Below the pieces are notes generated by a model. That model made no database searches, was not told where the DNA came from, and saw only the letters and a list, made by a program, of their open reading frames with translations. A program made the position numbers and the translations under genes. Source: Promethearchaeota archaeon (GTDB lineage Archaea; Asgardarchaeota; Lokiarchaeia; Sigyniarchaeales; SOKP01). Taken from it: a stretch of DNA of 43,006 nucleotides. This document shows positions 1-8,841 of the stretch, piece by piece. The first letter of the stretch is position 1; every line of letters starts with the position of its first letter. The stretch spans positions 55,746-98,751 of the forward strand of contig JAHPZJ010000022.1 of assembly GCA_019058245.1 (NCBI GenBank), written 5' to 3'.

Positions 1-510
1 TGCCCTAAGGTATCATTGGCATAGAAAGTTACGGTTACTGTTCCCTCCGATAAGGCTTCCCACGCAGCTTGGTTAATCGTCCCATTTGTAGTAAAGGTAA
101 AATTCGCAAGACTCGCATTAACAGTATACCACATTTTATCCAAATGAGGATCTGTAATGTTCACTATAAATTCAGGAGCAGTATCATTAAAGGTTTGTCC
201 GTTAGTAGGTGACAAAATCTCGATTATCGGAGCTTGGGTATCTTTGTCTATACTCACTGCGGCGTATTTAGAACTTCCTGCTGTATCCTCCACATAAACT
301 TTAAGCGAGACAGCACCATCAGATAAAGCATCCCAAGCGCCTTGATTTATCGTACCACTTGTGGATGTAATTGGATAATGACCCGCATCGTTAAGCGTGT
401 AATATATTTCATCAATTATGATACCATCTGTAGTTATCGAATAACTTGGAGCAGTAGCATCAAAAATATCATCAGTATGCGGATTTAGAATGTTTACCAA
501 AAGGCTTTGA
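1..510 (-). repeat. Two tandem ~85-90 aa Ig-like repeats within the surface protein
   Basis: Both units translate as ..IL(N/S)P....F..TAP.....(Y/W)YT.N......GTINQ.AW.ALS.G.V....Y..DT.G. Confidence 0.75.
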
Positions 511-2618
511 TATATCATGTACGCAATTTCATTCAACCAGAGTTCAAACCGATCTTCATAAGTTGAATCATCTACATCACCTGAAAACTCATCAATAATA
601 TAACTATTATATAAGGTTTTTCCATCGTTTCGTAATACAATTGAGGCATTGCCTGTTTCTGTTGTGTTAGTAAATCCTGCTAAAGCTGTAGCATTTGGAT
701 AAACTGTAAGATAATCTCCTTCATCACTATAATCTGATATAGCTGTAAAATTATTAGCACCATAAGGTATTGGAGTTGTAAATATTCTATGACTAGACTC
801 CCATATATAAATAGGAACAGGATCAGTCTCATCATCAGAATAGCTGAAACCAAGTTTTGCCCAAAGGGGATGTGAAGGATTATTATCAACTACATAACTT
901 GACATTATTAATCGTCCACCAGAATCAATATAATCGATAAAATTATCAATAACTGGTGCAGTTGATGGCATATCAATAATAACCAATTCCCAGCTATATT
1001 TGTAAAGAGAGAGATTAAGATAATCATTATTAAAAGTTAAAGCAAAAGGGAGCCTAAGTTCGTTTAAAGCTCGAGCTACTGGAGATATGTAATAATTTGC
1101 ACTACTTAACTCATTTACACAAAGAAGAATTTTAGCTTGGCTTGCTGTAAGCCAGTTAGCCGCATTAATAGCAAACTGAAGATTATCTGTTGAATATATT
1201 CTCGCATTATCAAATATATTTATATCTGCAGTAAGAATTACTCGTCCATTACCATATTCTTGATATCCAACGACAGGTACAGTTGGACTACTCCCCCAAA
1301 TTGGAGCGGCATCACCAGTATAATTAATAATACCGACTGTTCCACCAGTCATTTGCGTACACGCTTCAGTAGTAGGAGTTTGATTTAATATACTAAGCGA
1401 ATTTCCTCCTGAACCACCTACAATTGAAAGATCAAGAAAGGATGATACTAAATAATTTATATTTCCAGTTCTGGGAAGGCCTAAATAATCACCTAGGGCA
1501 AGAAAGTTTCCTCCTGTGTTAATCCAATTTTGAACATTTGAGACTTCAGCTGCAGTAAAATTTATGCCAGGTAAAGCTTCAATTAGTAAGTCATATGGAG
1601 CAAGGTTATTCATAGTTAAATTTCCTGATGCAGAAGGATAAAGTTTATCAACAGTATAAGAGTGATTTACAAGGTTATTGCGTAATTCGCTAAAACGATC
1701 TTTATAACCAGTCTCGACCACATATGGTGTATCCCATGGATCAAATCCATAATTTGCTTTGTGGGACATATCGAAGAGGATTCGCCCTTTAGGTCGTGGG
1801 CAGGCCCAATCAACCGCATCATTTACTAAATCCGTCATATTGCTTGGAATTTCTCCATAAGTCCAAGGCATTTGAACTATACGTCCACCTCCATCACTTG
1901 GATCATATCCTAACACAGTTACATTATTGGAATCACCAACTAAAGTTGCTATTCTAACGAGATCTGAAGCTATTGAAGTATCTTGTAATGCAGTCCAGTT
2001 TAACGTTGCCCAATTAATATAGGGTATGAATGTATCACCTACTGAATAATGTTTTGAAATTGGGTGACGTTGGTAAATTTCATTAACTCCTCCTTCATAA
2101 CTCCATAATGTTGTACTACCATTATTTCCTAGAGATTCTGGAGGTAAAATACCATAATAACAGAGAAAATTAATATCACTATCAAAACTCAAGATACCAC
2201 CTCCCCCTAACCAAAATTCTTTTATATAATTACTATTATTCATTAGTGGAAGATTATCTACCATAATAAATACGTCATAAGAGGCTGTTTTTAACTCATG
2301 ATTAGAGATATCCATTGTTGTAAGTTGGGTTACTTGATATCCTGCACTATTCAATGCTGCTAGTGTGTCTGTTAAGTTATCCTTGCAATCTCCTGCCCCA
2401 TATGGGGGCATAGTTGTGTTAGATGAATCATAAACTGCAACTCGAATAGTTCTTGGTATGAATTGGGATGTCTCTGGATTAGGTTCTTGGTCATCTAGGG
2501 TTTCAAAATTAATCGTAGTTTGAATAGTCGATGGAATGATAATAAAGCTTGGTAGAAAAGCGAAAACCATAAAAGATATCAGTAGTATTGATATTAACGA
2601 TTTATTTTGTTTTTTCAT
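1..2618 (-). CDS. Secreted/surface protein, 3' truncated by the window edge: signal peptide, about three class I GATase-like (DUF4350/GIFT-like) domains, tandem Ig-like repeats
   Basis: Not in the ORF track, presumably because it has no stop codon inside the window. ATG at 2618 gives MKKQNKSLISILLISFMVFAFLPSFIII (signal/anchor). Domains include RVAVYD..YDVFIMVD..EFWLGGGGILSFD, GRILFDMSH..YDLLI..WINTGGNFLALGD and KILLCVNE..YIDSGGRLIMS. Repeats GTINQGAWDALSDGAV and GTINQAAWEALSEGTVTVTFYANDTLG follow. Confidence 0.85.
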   Translation of the reverse strand, partial: MKKQNKSLISILLISFMVFAFLPSFIIIPSTIQTTINFETLDDQEPNPETSQFIPRTIRVAVYDSSNTTMPPYGAGDCKDNLTDTLAALNSAGYQVTQLTTMDISNHELKTASYDVFIMVDNLPLMNNSNYIKEFWLGGGGILSFDSDINFLCYYGILPPESLGNNGSTTLWSYEGGVNEIYQRHPISKHYSVGDTFIPYINWATLNWTALQDTSIASDLVRIATLVGDSNNVTVLGYDPSDGGGRIVQMPWTYGEIPSNMTDLVNDAVDWACPRPKGRILFDMSHKANYGFDPWDTPYVVETGYKDRFSELRNNLVNHSYTVDKLYPSASGNLTMNNLAPYDLLIEALPGINFTAAEVSNVQNWINTGGNFLALGDYLGLPRTGNINYLVSSFLDLSIVGGSGGNSLSILNQTPTTEACTQMTGGTVGIINYTGDAAPIWGSSPTVPVVGYQEYGNGRVILTADINIFDNARIYSTDNLQFAINAANWLTASQAKILLCVNELSSANYYISPVARALNELRLPFALTFNNDYLNLSLYKYSWELVIIDMPSTAPVIDNFIDYIDSGGRLIMSSYVVDNNPSHPLWAKLGFSYSDDETDPVPIYIWESSHRIFTTPIPYGANNFTAISDYSDEGDYLTVYPNATALAGFTNTTETGNASIVLRNDGKTLYNSYIIDEFSGDVDDSTYEDRFELWLNEIAYMIYQSLLVNILNPHTDDIFDATAPSYSITTDGIIIDEIYYTLNDAGHYPITSTSGTINQGAWDALSDGAVSLKVYVEDTAGSSKYAAVSIDKDTQAPIIEILSPTNGQTFNDTAPEFIVNITDPHLDKMWYTVNASLANFTFTTNGTINQAAWEALSEGTVTVTFYANDTLG

Positions 2619-3051
2619 TGAAATTCACTTTAATTTTATACTTTTTTTATTAGATTTATTATAGATTAATAAGTATCACACATTTTATCAACTATTTATT
2701 TTTAATTGACAATAATGTAAAATCCCAAAATATCAAAAAGGAGATTCAAAAAAAGAGTAAAATTTGATTAACTAATTTTCATTGAGAAAAAAGTGTATTC
2801 TTAAACATTCAGAGTTATATAAGTTAGATTTTTGTCCAATTCATATTTAAATTTCAAAATTCTGTAAAACCGTCAATAATAAAAAATATACTCAATCATC
2901 AGTAGAATCGAGATTTACTGGGATATCTCTTTTTTTTCTATTTTAATAGGAAACATATCTTATTTCCCATTTTTTTTAAAAATATCTAAAATTCTTATTA
3001 ATCTGACAATAAAATTTAAAATATTTCTAAAATTTCAAAAGAATGTTATTG

Positions 3052-3075
3052 TCGTAATTTAGTATTAAATTACGA
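3052..3075. promoter_or_regulatory. Perfect 10-bp inverted repeat, candidate operator upstream of alba
   Basis: TCGTAATTTA-gtat-TAAATTACGA, about 120 bp upstream of the alba ATG, in the divergent intergenic region. Confidence 0.5.
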
Positions 3076-3178
3076 GAAGACTACAATACGCAATACATAA
3101 ACGCAATAAAACAAAAAAAGGAAATAATACAATAAAATATTATTAACAAATGAAGAAATTTATACAATAAGAAAAACA

Positions 3179-3193
3179 AAAGAGGAAATTAAA
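3179..3193 (+). promoter_or_regulatory. Ribosome-binding leader of alba, identical to the histone leader
   Basis: AAAGAGGAAATTAAA-N-ATG. Confidence 0.65.
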
Positions 3194-3194
3194 G

Positions 3195-3476
3195 ATGCCA
3201 AGCAAAGAGGAAAATGCGGTATTTGTTGGGCGAAGACCAACAATGAACTACGTTATGGCTACTATGATGATTCTTAATAAAGGAGAAGAATGCACAGTTA
3301 AAGCCAGAGGTAGAGCGATCTCTCATGCTGTTGATGTTTGTGAGATTTTAAGAAATAGATTCTTAAAAGGTACAGAATATAAGGACATCAAACTTAGCAC
3401 TGAGCAACTAGAAGGAGAAAATGGACAAAATAACAATGTTTCTAGCATTGAAATTGTACTTGCTCCTCCAAAATAA
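3195..3476 (+). CDS. albA: DNA/RNA-binding chromatin protein Alba
   Basis: Motifs VFVGRRPTMNYV, VKARGRAISHAVDVCEILRNRFL and VSSIEIVL; 93 aa. Confidence 0.97.
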   Translation: MPSKEENAVFVGRRPTMNYVMATMMILNKGEECTVKARGRAISHAVDVCEILRNRFLKGTEYKDIKLSTEQLEGENGQNNNVSSIEIVLAPPK

Positions 3477-3524
3477 ACAGTGAAATAATCAATTCTTCGC
3501 TGAATCAAAATAACACAACATATC

Positions 3525-3533
3525 TTTTTTTTT
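3525..3533 (+). terminator. Oligo-T archaeal terminator of alba
   Basis: T9 tract about 50 nt after the stop, with further T tracts downstream. Confidence 0.5.
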
Positions 3534-3854
3534 ATTATTTTACTTAATATTCTTGTTTAAGTTTTTTTTTTAATTCTAATTTTTGTGGTTAGAAATCAAT
3601 AATTATAGTAGATTATCACTTTAGATGTGCTTAAAATGGAAGAGATGTAGGTTAAATATTAATCCGTTATTAATTCATATGATATTCCCTCGTTAATAAC
3701 TCTCCTAATTATTCGTTCTTCTTGAGTCTATCCCATATTTTCCCAATTTAAAAAGGAGATAGCAAATTTAGGGTAAAATTCACAAACATTTAAAAACACG
3801 GTTAGGAAATAAATAATTAACATAAAAATTATTTAGTATAATTTTAAATCCGTT

Positions 3855-3862
3855 TTTATATA
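3855..3862 (+). promoter_or_regulatory. Candidate TATA box of the histone gene
   Basis: TTTATATA about 37 nt upstream of the ATG; the AT-rich background lowers specificity. Confidence 0.35.
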
Positions 3863-3882
3863 AAATCAACACAAAAATTCTT

Positions 3883-3897
3883 AAAGAGGAAATTAAA
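3883..3897 (+). promoter_or_regulatory. Ribosome-binding leader of the histone gene, identical to the alba leader
   Basis: AAAGAGGAAATTAAA-N-ATG. Confidence 0.65.
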
Positions 3898-3898
3898 A

Positions 3899-4105
3899 AT
3901 GGCAAAAAAAAACGCTTCAGCCAAGGTAGAACCTTTATTTGTAAAATCAAAGGTAAGAGAGTTTATCAAAGGGAAAGGGTGCAATACTAGCAGTGGTGTC
4001 CTTGATGGGGATACTTTAAATAATATCGTTATGGAAATGCTTGACGCTGCTGTTAAACGAGCACAAGCGAATAATAGAAAGACAGTAAAGGCAAGAGATT
4101 TATAA
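3899..4105 (+). CDS. Histone-fold protein with truncated alpha3 helix (face-to-face/alpha3-type prokaryotic histone)
   Basis: LFVKSKVREFIK (alpha1), NTS (L1), long alpha2 ending AVKRAQANN, then RKTVKARDL-stop (RxTxxxxD motif with almost no alpha3). Confidence 0.88.
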   Translation: MAKKNASAKVEPLFVKSKVREFIKGKGCNTSSGVLDGDTLNNIVMEMLDAAVKRAQANNRKTVKARDL

Positions 4106-4116
4106 ATTCACTTGCC

Positions 4117-4135
4117 AAAAAAAATCTTTTTTTTT
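4117..4135. terminator. Candidate bidirectional terminator between the convergent histone and rad50 genes
   Basis: A8-TC-T9 provides an oligo-T tract on both strands. Confidence 0.5.
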
Positions 4136-4166
4136 CTATTCTATTTTTATATGAACATGATATTGT

Positions 4167-6260
4167 TTAAAAAATAATTGAAGGTTTTTCAAATTTTGCT
4201 TGACTTATTCCAGAAGATAAATCCTTCTCAACTATTATTTTAAATGTAGATATCTCTTGAGGAATGGTAGTATGAGTAATAAGAAAAATTTGAGAAAAAG
4301 AATTAGATTTTATTAAATGTTGTAAAATCCTTTCTCTTCGAGTCTCATCTAAAGCTGCTAAAGGCTCATCTAGTAAAAGAAAATCAACTTTAGGATTTCT
4401 TCTTGGAGAGTCTTTAGTGGGACGAACAGTACTCATTAATTCTGAAATTGCTAATCGTAGCGCAATTCCTAAAGCAGTACGATCTCCTCCTGAAAGAACC
4501 TCTGTGGATTCATATTCACCATTATAATTATCTCTAATTTTAAGAGATAGCCCTGTTTTTCTTGTACCACTCAAATCAAGCAATAAATCACTATATTGCC
4601 CAGATGTAAAATCCTTAATATATTTATCAGTAGTTAACGCAATGTTTTTTACTAAACGTTTGACAACCATATATTCAGTTACAAATCTACGAACAAATTC
4701 TTTTGCTTTGCCTATATGATCAATATCAATTTCAAATTCTCCAATTTTTTTAGCTAATTCATTCATCTTTTTAATTTCATTTTGAAGTTTTCCAATCCTT
4801 TCTTTATTAGCTTTAACTTGAGTATTCCTCTCATTTAAATTGTTCACTAGTGCTTTTAATTCCACAGTAATTTTTTCCTTTTCAATTGCTATTTTTCTTA
4901 TAGCTTCTATACTTGAATCTTTAAGTTTAGTTCTATTTTTTAAAAGAATATTCTCTAAACCATTATTAACTTCTCTTAATTCTGATTCATATTTTTTATA
5001 ATTCTTAAAATCTTCTTTAAGACCTTCATAAATCATGATCTTTTCTTTAGCTTTATCTAACTTAGTCTGAAATGAAGCGATCTCTTCATCAAATTTGCTT
5101 AATAAACTTGAAATAGAGTTAGCTTTTTTCTGATTTTTCTCTATATTTTCAGTGTAATTGTGAATAATTTCGTTATAATGTTCTTTCGTTAATTCATTTT
5201 GACAAGTAGGACATTTAGCAATTTCCTTTCCTTCCTTTATTTTCGTAAATTTTAGACTTTTTTCCATTTTATCAATAGATTTTTTTATATCTTCCATTCT
5301 TCCCCTTGTTTTTCCTAGTCCTTTAACAGTAGCTTCTTTCTTCTTATCGAGTTCATCTTTTTCTCTTTGTATTTTTAATTTATTTTTGGAAAGAGATTCA
5401 ATCTTCTCATTAATAATGTTTTGAGAATCTAGATCCTCTAACCGTAAATCTGTTTTTTTGATTTTTTCCTTAAAATCATTCTCATATAATTGAAACTTAT
5501 CCAATATACTTTTCTGTTTATTATATATATTTTCTAACCGGGAGATTAGTTCATCTGATGGAAGAATTTTTATTTTTTCATTGTATTTCTCTATAGTATT
5601 TTCTTCTTCTCCAATTTTTTTTCTTAATTGGTTATTTTCTGCTTTAATATTGGTTATATCTTCATTTATTCTTTCAATAGGAACTCTTAATTTCTCAAGA
5701 TTTTCTTTTTCATATTTTTTTCCTTTAACTTCATTATCCAAAAATGAAAGAGCATCATCAATTATGTTTAATCGAAATAAATCGATTAGCATTTCTCTTA
5801 ATTCTGCTCCTTTTTTATTAGCTAATTCTTCTACTTCACCTTGGCGGACGAAAACAGTACTCATTGCTTGCTCTGAAGATAACTCAAAGAATTTTTCAGC
5901 TTTAAATCCTTTAATTTCTTGGTAAATTTTCTTATCTTCAGACATTTCAAATAATTTTGTAGTGATATTACCTGTTCTTCCCCATTTTCGATAAATATAA
6001 TATTTTCTTTTATGAAGGGTAAAATAAACATAGATTTTTGATTTTTGTGTACCATAGCATATAAACGATTCAGCATTTCTACCTTTAAAGATCCTAGGTC
6101 CAAAAAAGGCAAAAAGAATTCCCTCTAAGATAGTGGATTTTCCATATGAATTTTTTCCACTAATCAGGATCAACCCATTTGGTAATTCTTCATCCCCTTT
6201 CGGTAAAATTAATTGTTTATAACCCATAAAGTTCTTAAAATTTAATTTAGTTATTAACAT
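4167..6260 (-). CDS. rad50: DNA double-strand break repair ATPase Rad50 (SbcC family)
   Basis: Walker A GKNSYGKST, Q-loop VFVRQGE, central zinc hook CPTC, coiled coils, signature LSGGD, Walker B LLLDEP, H-loop ITH; adjacent to mre11. Confidence 0.95.
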   Translation of the reverse strand: MLITKLNFKNFMGYKQLILPKGDEELPNGLILISGKNSYGKSTILEGILFAFFGPRIFKGRNAESFICYGTQKSKIYVYFTLHKRKYYIYRKWGRTGNITTKLFEMSEDKKIYQEIKGFKAEKFFELSSEQAMSTVFVRQGEVEELANKKGAELREMLIDLFRLNIIDDALSFLDNEVKGKKYEKENLEKLRVPIERINEDITNIKAENNQLRKKIGEEENTIEKYNEKIKILPSDELISRLENIYNKQKSILDKFQLYENDFKEKIKKTDLRLEDLDSQNIINEKIESLSKNKLKIQREKDELDKKKEATVKGLGKTRGRMEDIKKSIDKMEKSLKFTKIKEGKEIAKCPTCQNELTKEHYNEIIHNYTENIEKNQKKANSISSLLSKFDEEIASFQTKLDKAKEKIMIYEGLKEDFKNYKKYESELREVNNGLENILLKNRTKLKDSSIEAIRKIAIEKEKITVELKALVNNLNERNTQVKANKERIGKLQNEIKKMNELAKKIGEFEIDIDHIGKAKEFVRRFVTEYMVVKRLVKNIALTTDKYIKDFTSGQYSDLLLDLSGTRKTGLSLKIRDNYNGEYESTEVLSGGDRTALGIALRLAISELMSTVRPTKDSPRRNPKVDFLLLDEPLAALDETRRERILQHLIKSNSFSQIFLITHTTIPQEISTFKIIVEKDLSSGISQAKFEKPSIIF

Positions 6261-6267
6261 CGATCTT

Positions 6268-7593
6268 CTATACCTCTTTTTCTTTTTCCATTATTCTTAA
6301 GGCTCTTTTTAAAGCACTTATTCCAAATTCGGTTAATTTTTCAATATTATATTCAGTTTTATCTTCACTTAGTTTTTCATTAACAAATTTTTTAAATTCC
6401 TCATCTGGTTTTTCAAGGATATAATCTTGAATTTTAGCAGCACTGATATCATCCTCAACATAACCTGATATATCTGAAATTTTCCATACTAATTGTAAGA
6501 CATTATATTCTTCAGTAAGAGAAAATAAATCTCTTCTGAACTTTGCCATTAATTCATTTATTTGCCAATTTTTTTCAACCGTAATTTCTCCTTCGAATAT
6601 AAATTTTAATCTTGCAGCCGTAAGGTAATTAAAAGCTGTATTTAATCCATATTTTTCTATTTCTTTCATAATTTTATCTTTCAATTGTTCTGAAGAATCT
6701 TGTGGAGAAACTATAATTTTCACAACTTCAAATACTCTTTTTAAATCTTTATCTGTGAAAACAGGGCTGATAGATAATTCTTTAGTGTTATTGTCAATAT
6801 CAACAATTAGATAACTCTGATTTTCATATCTCTCCTTGAAGTTCAATGGTAATAAACCACCCGAATAATATCTATTCCTAGTTACTTTTCTATATCCATG
6901 TTCGTGTCCTAATGCAATATAATCATATTGAAAATCGTCTTGCATTATTTTTTTATGAACTGTCTCACCTTCATTATATTTCATGGTTAATGACCCATGA
7001 GCTATAGCAATATTAATAAAAGAATCATTTTTAGGAGGGCATTGTTTTGTTATCCAATTATTATAAGCCTCTTTATAGGTTTTGTGGGTTTTAAATTCAA
7101 AATATGGAAACAAATAAAATCTTACTTTCTTATCAAGAAATTCTAGACATAGTGATTTATTTGATTTAATTGCCTCTATTAGATCTCTTTCTTTAAAGTA
7201 ATATAAGTTTGGATATTGATCTTTATTAATATGCGATTCAAATGGGGTATAATCATACGCTCTAAATATACCATGGTTACCTTCTATATATATCAAAGGA
7301 ACTTTATTTTTAGTATTGATAAAAAAAAGCTCCAAACCTTTTTTTAATATCCTTCTCGCGGGTTCTGGAGGGGGATATGAGCTATAAATACTAGGTTGAT
7401 GAAACATATCTCCACAATGAATCAAAAAATCAAGGTTATCTACTTTAGAAATATTAGTGATTACTTTTAAAAATGTATCATAAAGTTCTTGTTCATAAGG
7501 TTTAGTATAATTATCAATTGCCCATTTATTGTTTGTGCCTCTTCTTGCTTTATATCCTAAATGAGTATCTGCTATATGTATTATTCTAACCAT
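6268..7593 (-). CDS. mre11: DNA double-strand break repair nuclease Mre11 (SbcD family)
   Basis: Phosphoesterase motifs ADTHLG, GDMFH, GNHG, AHG and YIALGHEH; 7 bp from rad50. Confidence 0.93.
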   Translation of the reverse strand: MVRIIHIADTHLGYKARRGTNNKWAIDNYTKPYEQELYDTFLKVITNISKVDNLDFLIHCGDMFHQPSIYSSYPPPEPARRILKKGLELFFINTKNKVPLIYIEGNHGIFRAYDYTPFESHINKDQYPNLYYFKERDLIEAIKSNKSLCLEFLDKKVRFYLFPYFEFKTHKTYKEAYNNWITKQCPPKNDSFINIAIAHGSLTMKYNEGETVHKKIMQDDFQYDYIALGHEHGYRKVTRNRYYSGGLLPLNFKERYENQSYLIVDIDNNTKELSISPVFTDKDLKRVFEVVKIIVSPQDSSEQLKDKIMKEIEKYGLNTAFNYLTAARLKFIFEGEITVEKNWQINELMAKFRRDLFSLTEEYNVLQLVWKISDISGYVEDDISAAKIQDYILEKPDEEFKKFVNEKLSEDKTEYNIEKLTEFGISALKRALRIMEKEKEV

Positions 7594-7608
7594 TTTTTTA
7601 TCACTTCT

Positions 7609-8826
7609 CTATTCATCTAATACTTTTTTTCTCCATGATTCGGTATATTTTTTTGTCCTTTCATTAATTTTTAATTCCATAAATTTACTATCTAATTTGT
7701 TATATTCCGATACTAATAATGTACTTGCTTCATGAGCTCCTTTTAAGCATAAAGGATAACCTCTGGGAGAATAAGGCATTAAATTCTGTAATATATATTT
7801 AGCATCTTTTGTATCTAAGAAGTCTGGTATATCAAATCTTAGAGCTGCACTATTTTTTTGTATTTTAGTGATGTATGCCTTACTTTTAGTGTATGCTGAA
7901 AGATCAGGCATTTCGACTAAAAAAGTCTTTTCTTTCATAATTTCTGACCATATTGGTAAAATAAAATTGCCTTGGGCATCTCTTAATCTACAAGTTTTAG
8001 ATATTGTATAATAATTTAAATTAAAAAATTCAACAAATTTAAAAAAGAACTTAGTAAAAGCCTCTGGTGGAAAAATATGATGTCGAAACATTTGAATTCC
8101 ATCACCTAAGAAGACAATATTTTGAATTTTCCCCCAATTACTCTCCTCTTTTATTCTTATAAGTGATTTCAAAATTTCATCAGCAGTTCTTATTCTATCA
8201 ATTACATGTGCTATAGAAGGATAATAAAATGCATGGTTATCTATGGCACTCTTTATTTTATTACTGAATGTAGTTTCATACCATTCTTCTAATTCATCAA
8301 TGAAGTTTTTTAAATCTCCAATATAGAAGTATTTCTTTATTGTTTTCACGAAATTTTCAATCACAGTTTGATAAATGATTAATTTATGTTCGTTATCTTC
8401 AATATAAGTAGTGATTGGTTTATACATTATTTTTTTAATATAATATTTTCCATCTATTAGAGTAATTTGACCTTCTCCAAATTTAAAAGCTCCTAATTTA
8501 GCATAAGTTCCAGGTAATGTATTTGAACTCTCATCAAACCCAATAATTTTAAATGCCTTATCTACATAATCATTTAAATGCTTTTCAATTATTATATATG
8601 GCATTTTACTAAAGTGAGTCCCCATATTTCTGAGTTTTTCTTCTGCGCTACTAGTAGGATCAGGATCCTCTAACTCTTTTTTTTCTTCTTCGGTCCACGT
8701 AATCTTATTAGACTTAATAAATTCCATAAATTCCTTAATATCGGAATTAAAAGATTCTTCAGGTCGATAATTCATCGACTCTTCCAATGAAATTAATTCA
8801 AAATCGAATGAAATTAATATCACCAA
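7609..8826 (-). CDS. nurA: Divergent NurA 5'-3' nuclease; true start may be ATT at 8814
   Basis: IIGFDES (DGS-like), FLGDG, ISK and C-terminal GYPLCLKGAHE (NurA GYP..L..AH); lies between herA and mre11. Confidence 0.8.
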   Translation of the reverse strand: MVILISFDFELISLEESMNYRPEESFNSDIKEFMEFIKSNKITWTEEEKKELEDPDPTSSAEEKLRNMGTHFSKMPYIIIEKHLNDYVDKAFKIIGFDESSNTLPGTYAKLGAFKFGEGQITLIDGKYYIKKIMYKPITTYIEDNEHKLIIYQTVIENFVKTIKKYFYIGDLKNFIDELEEWYETTFSNKIKSAIDNHAFYYPSIAHVIDRIRTADEILKSLIRIKEESNWGKIQNIVFLGDGIQMFRHHIFPPEAFTKFFFKFVEFFNLNYYTISKTCRLRDAQGNFILPIWSEIMKEKTFLVEMPDLSAYTKSKAYITKIQKNSAALRFDIPDFLDTKDAKYILQNLMPYSPRGYPLCLKGAHEASTLLVSEYNKLDSKFMELKINERTKKYTESWRKKVLDE

Positions 8827-8841
8827 ATATATTTATAAAAA

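Noticed and set aside
680-889. 69-aa minus-strand ORF in the track
   Set aside because: Out-of-frame shadow inside the long 1..2618 gene
3323-3508. 61-aa ORF antisense to alba
   Set aside because: Shadow of a well-conserved gene with no motifs
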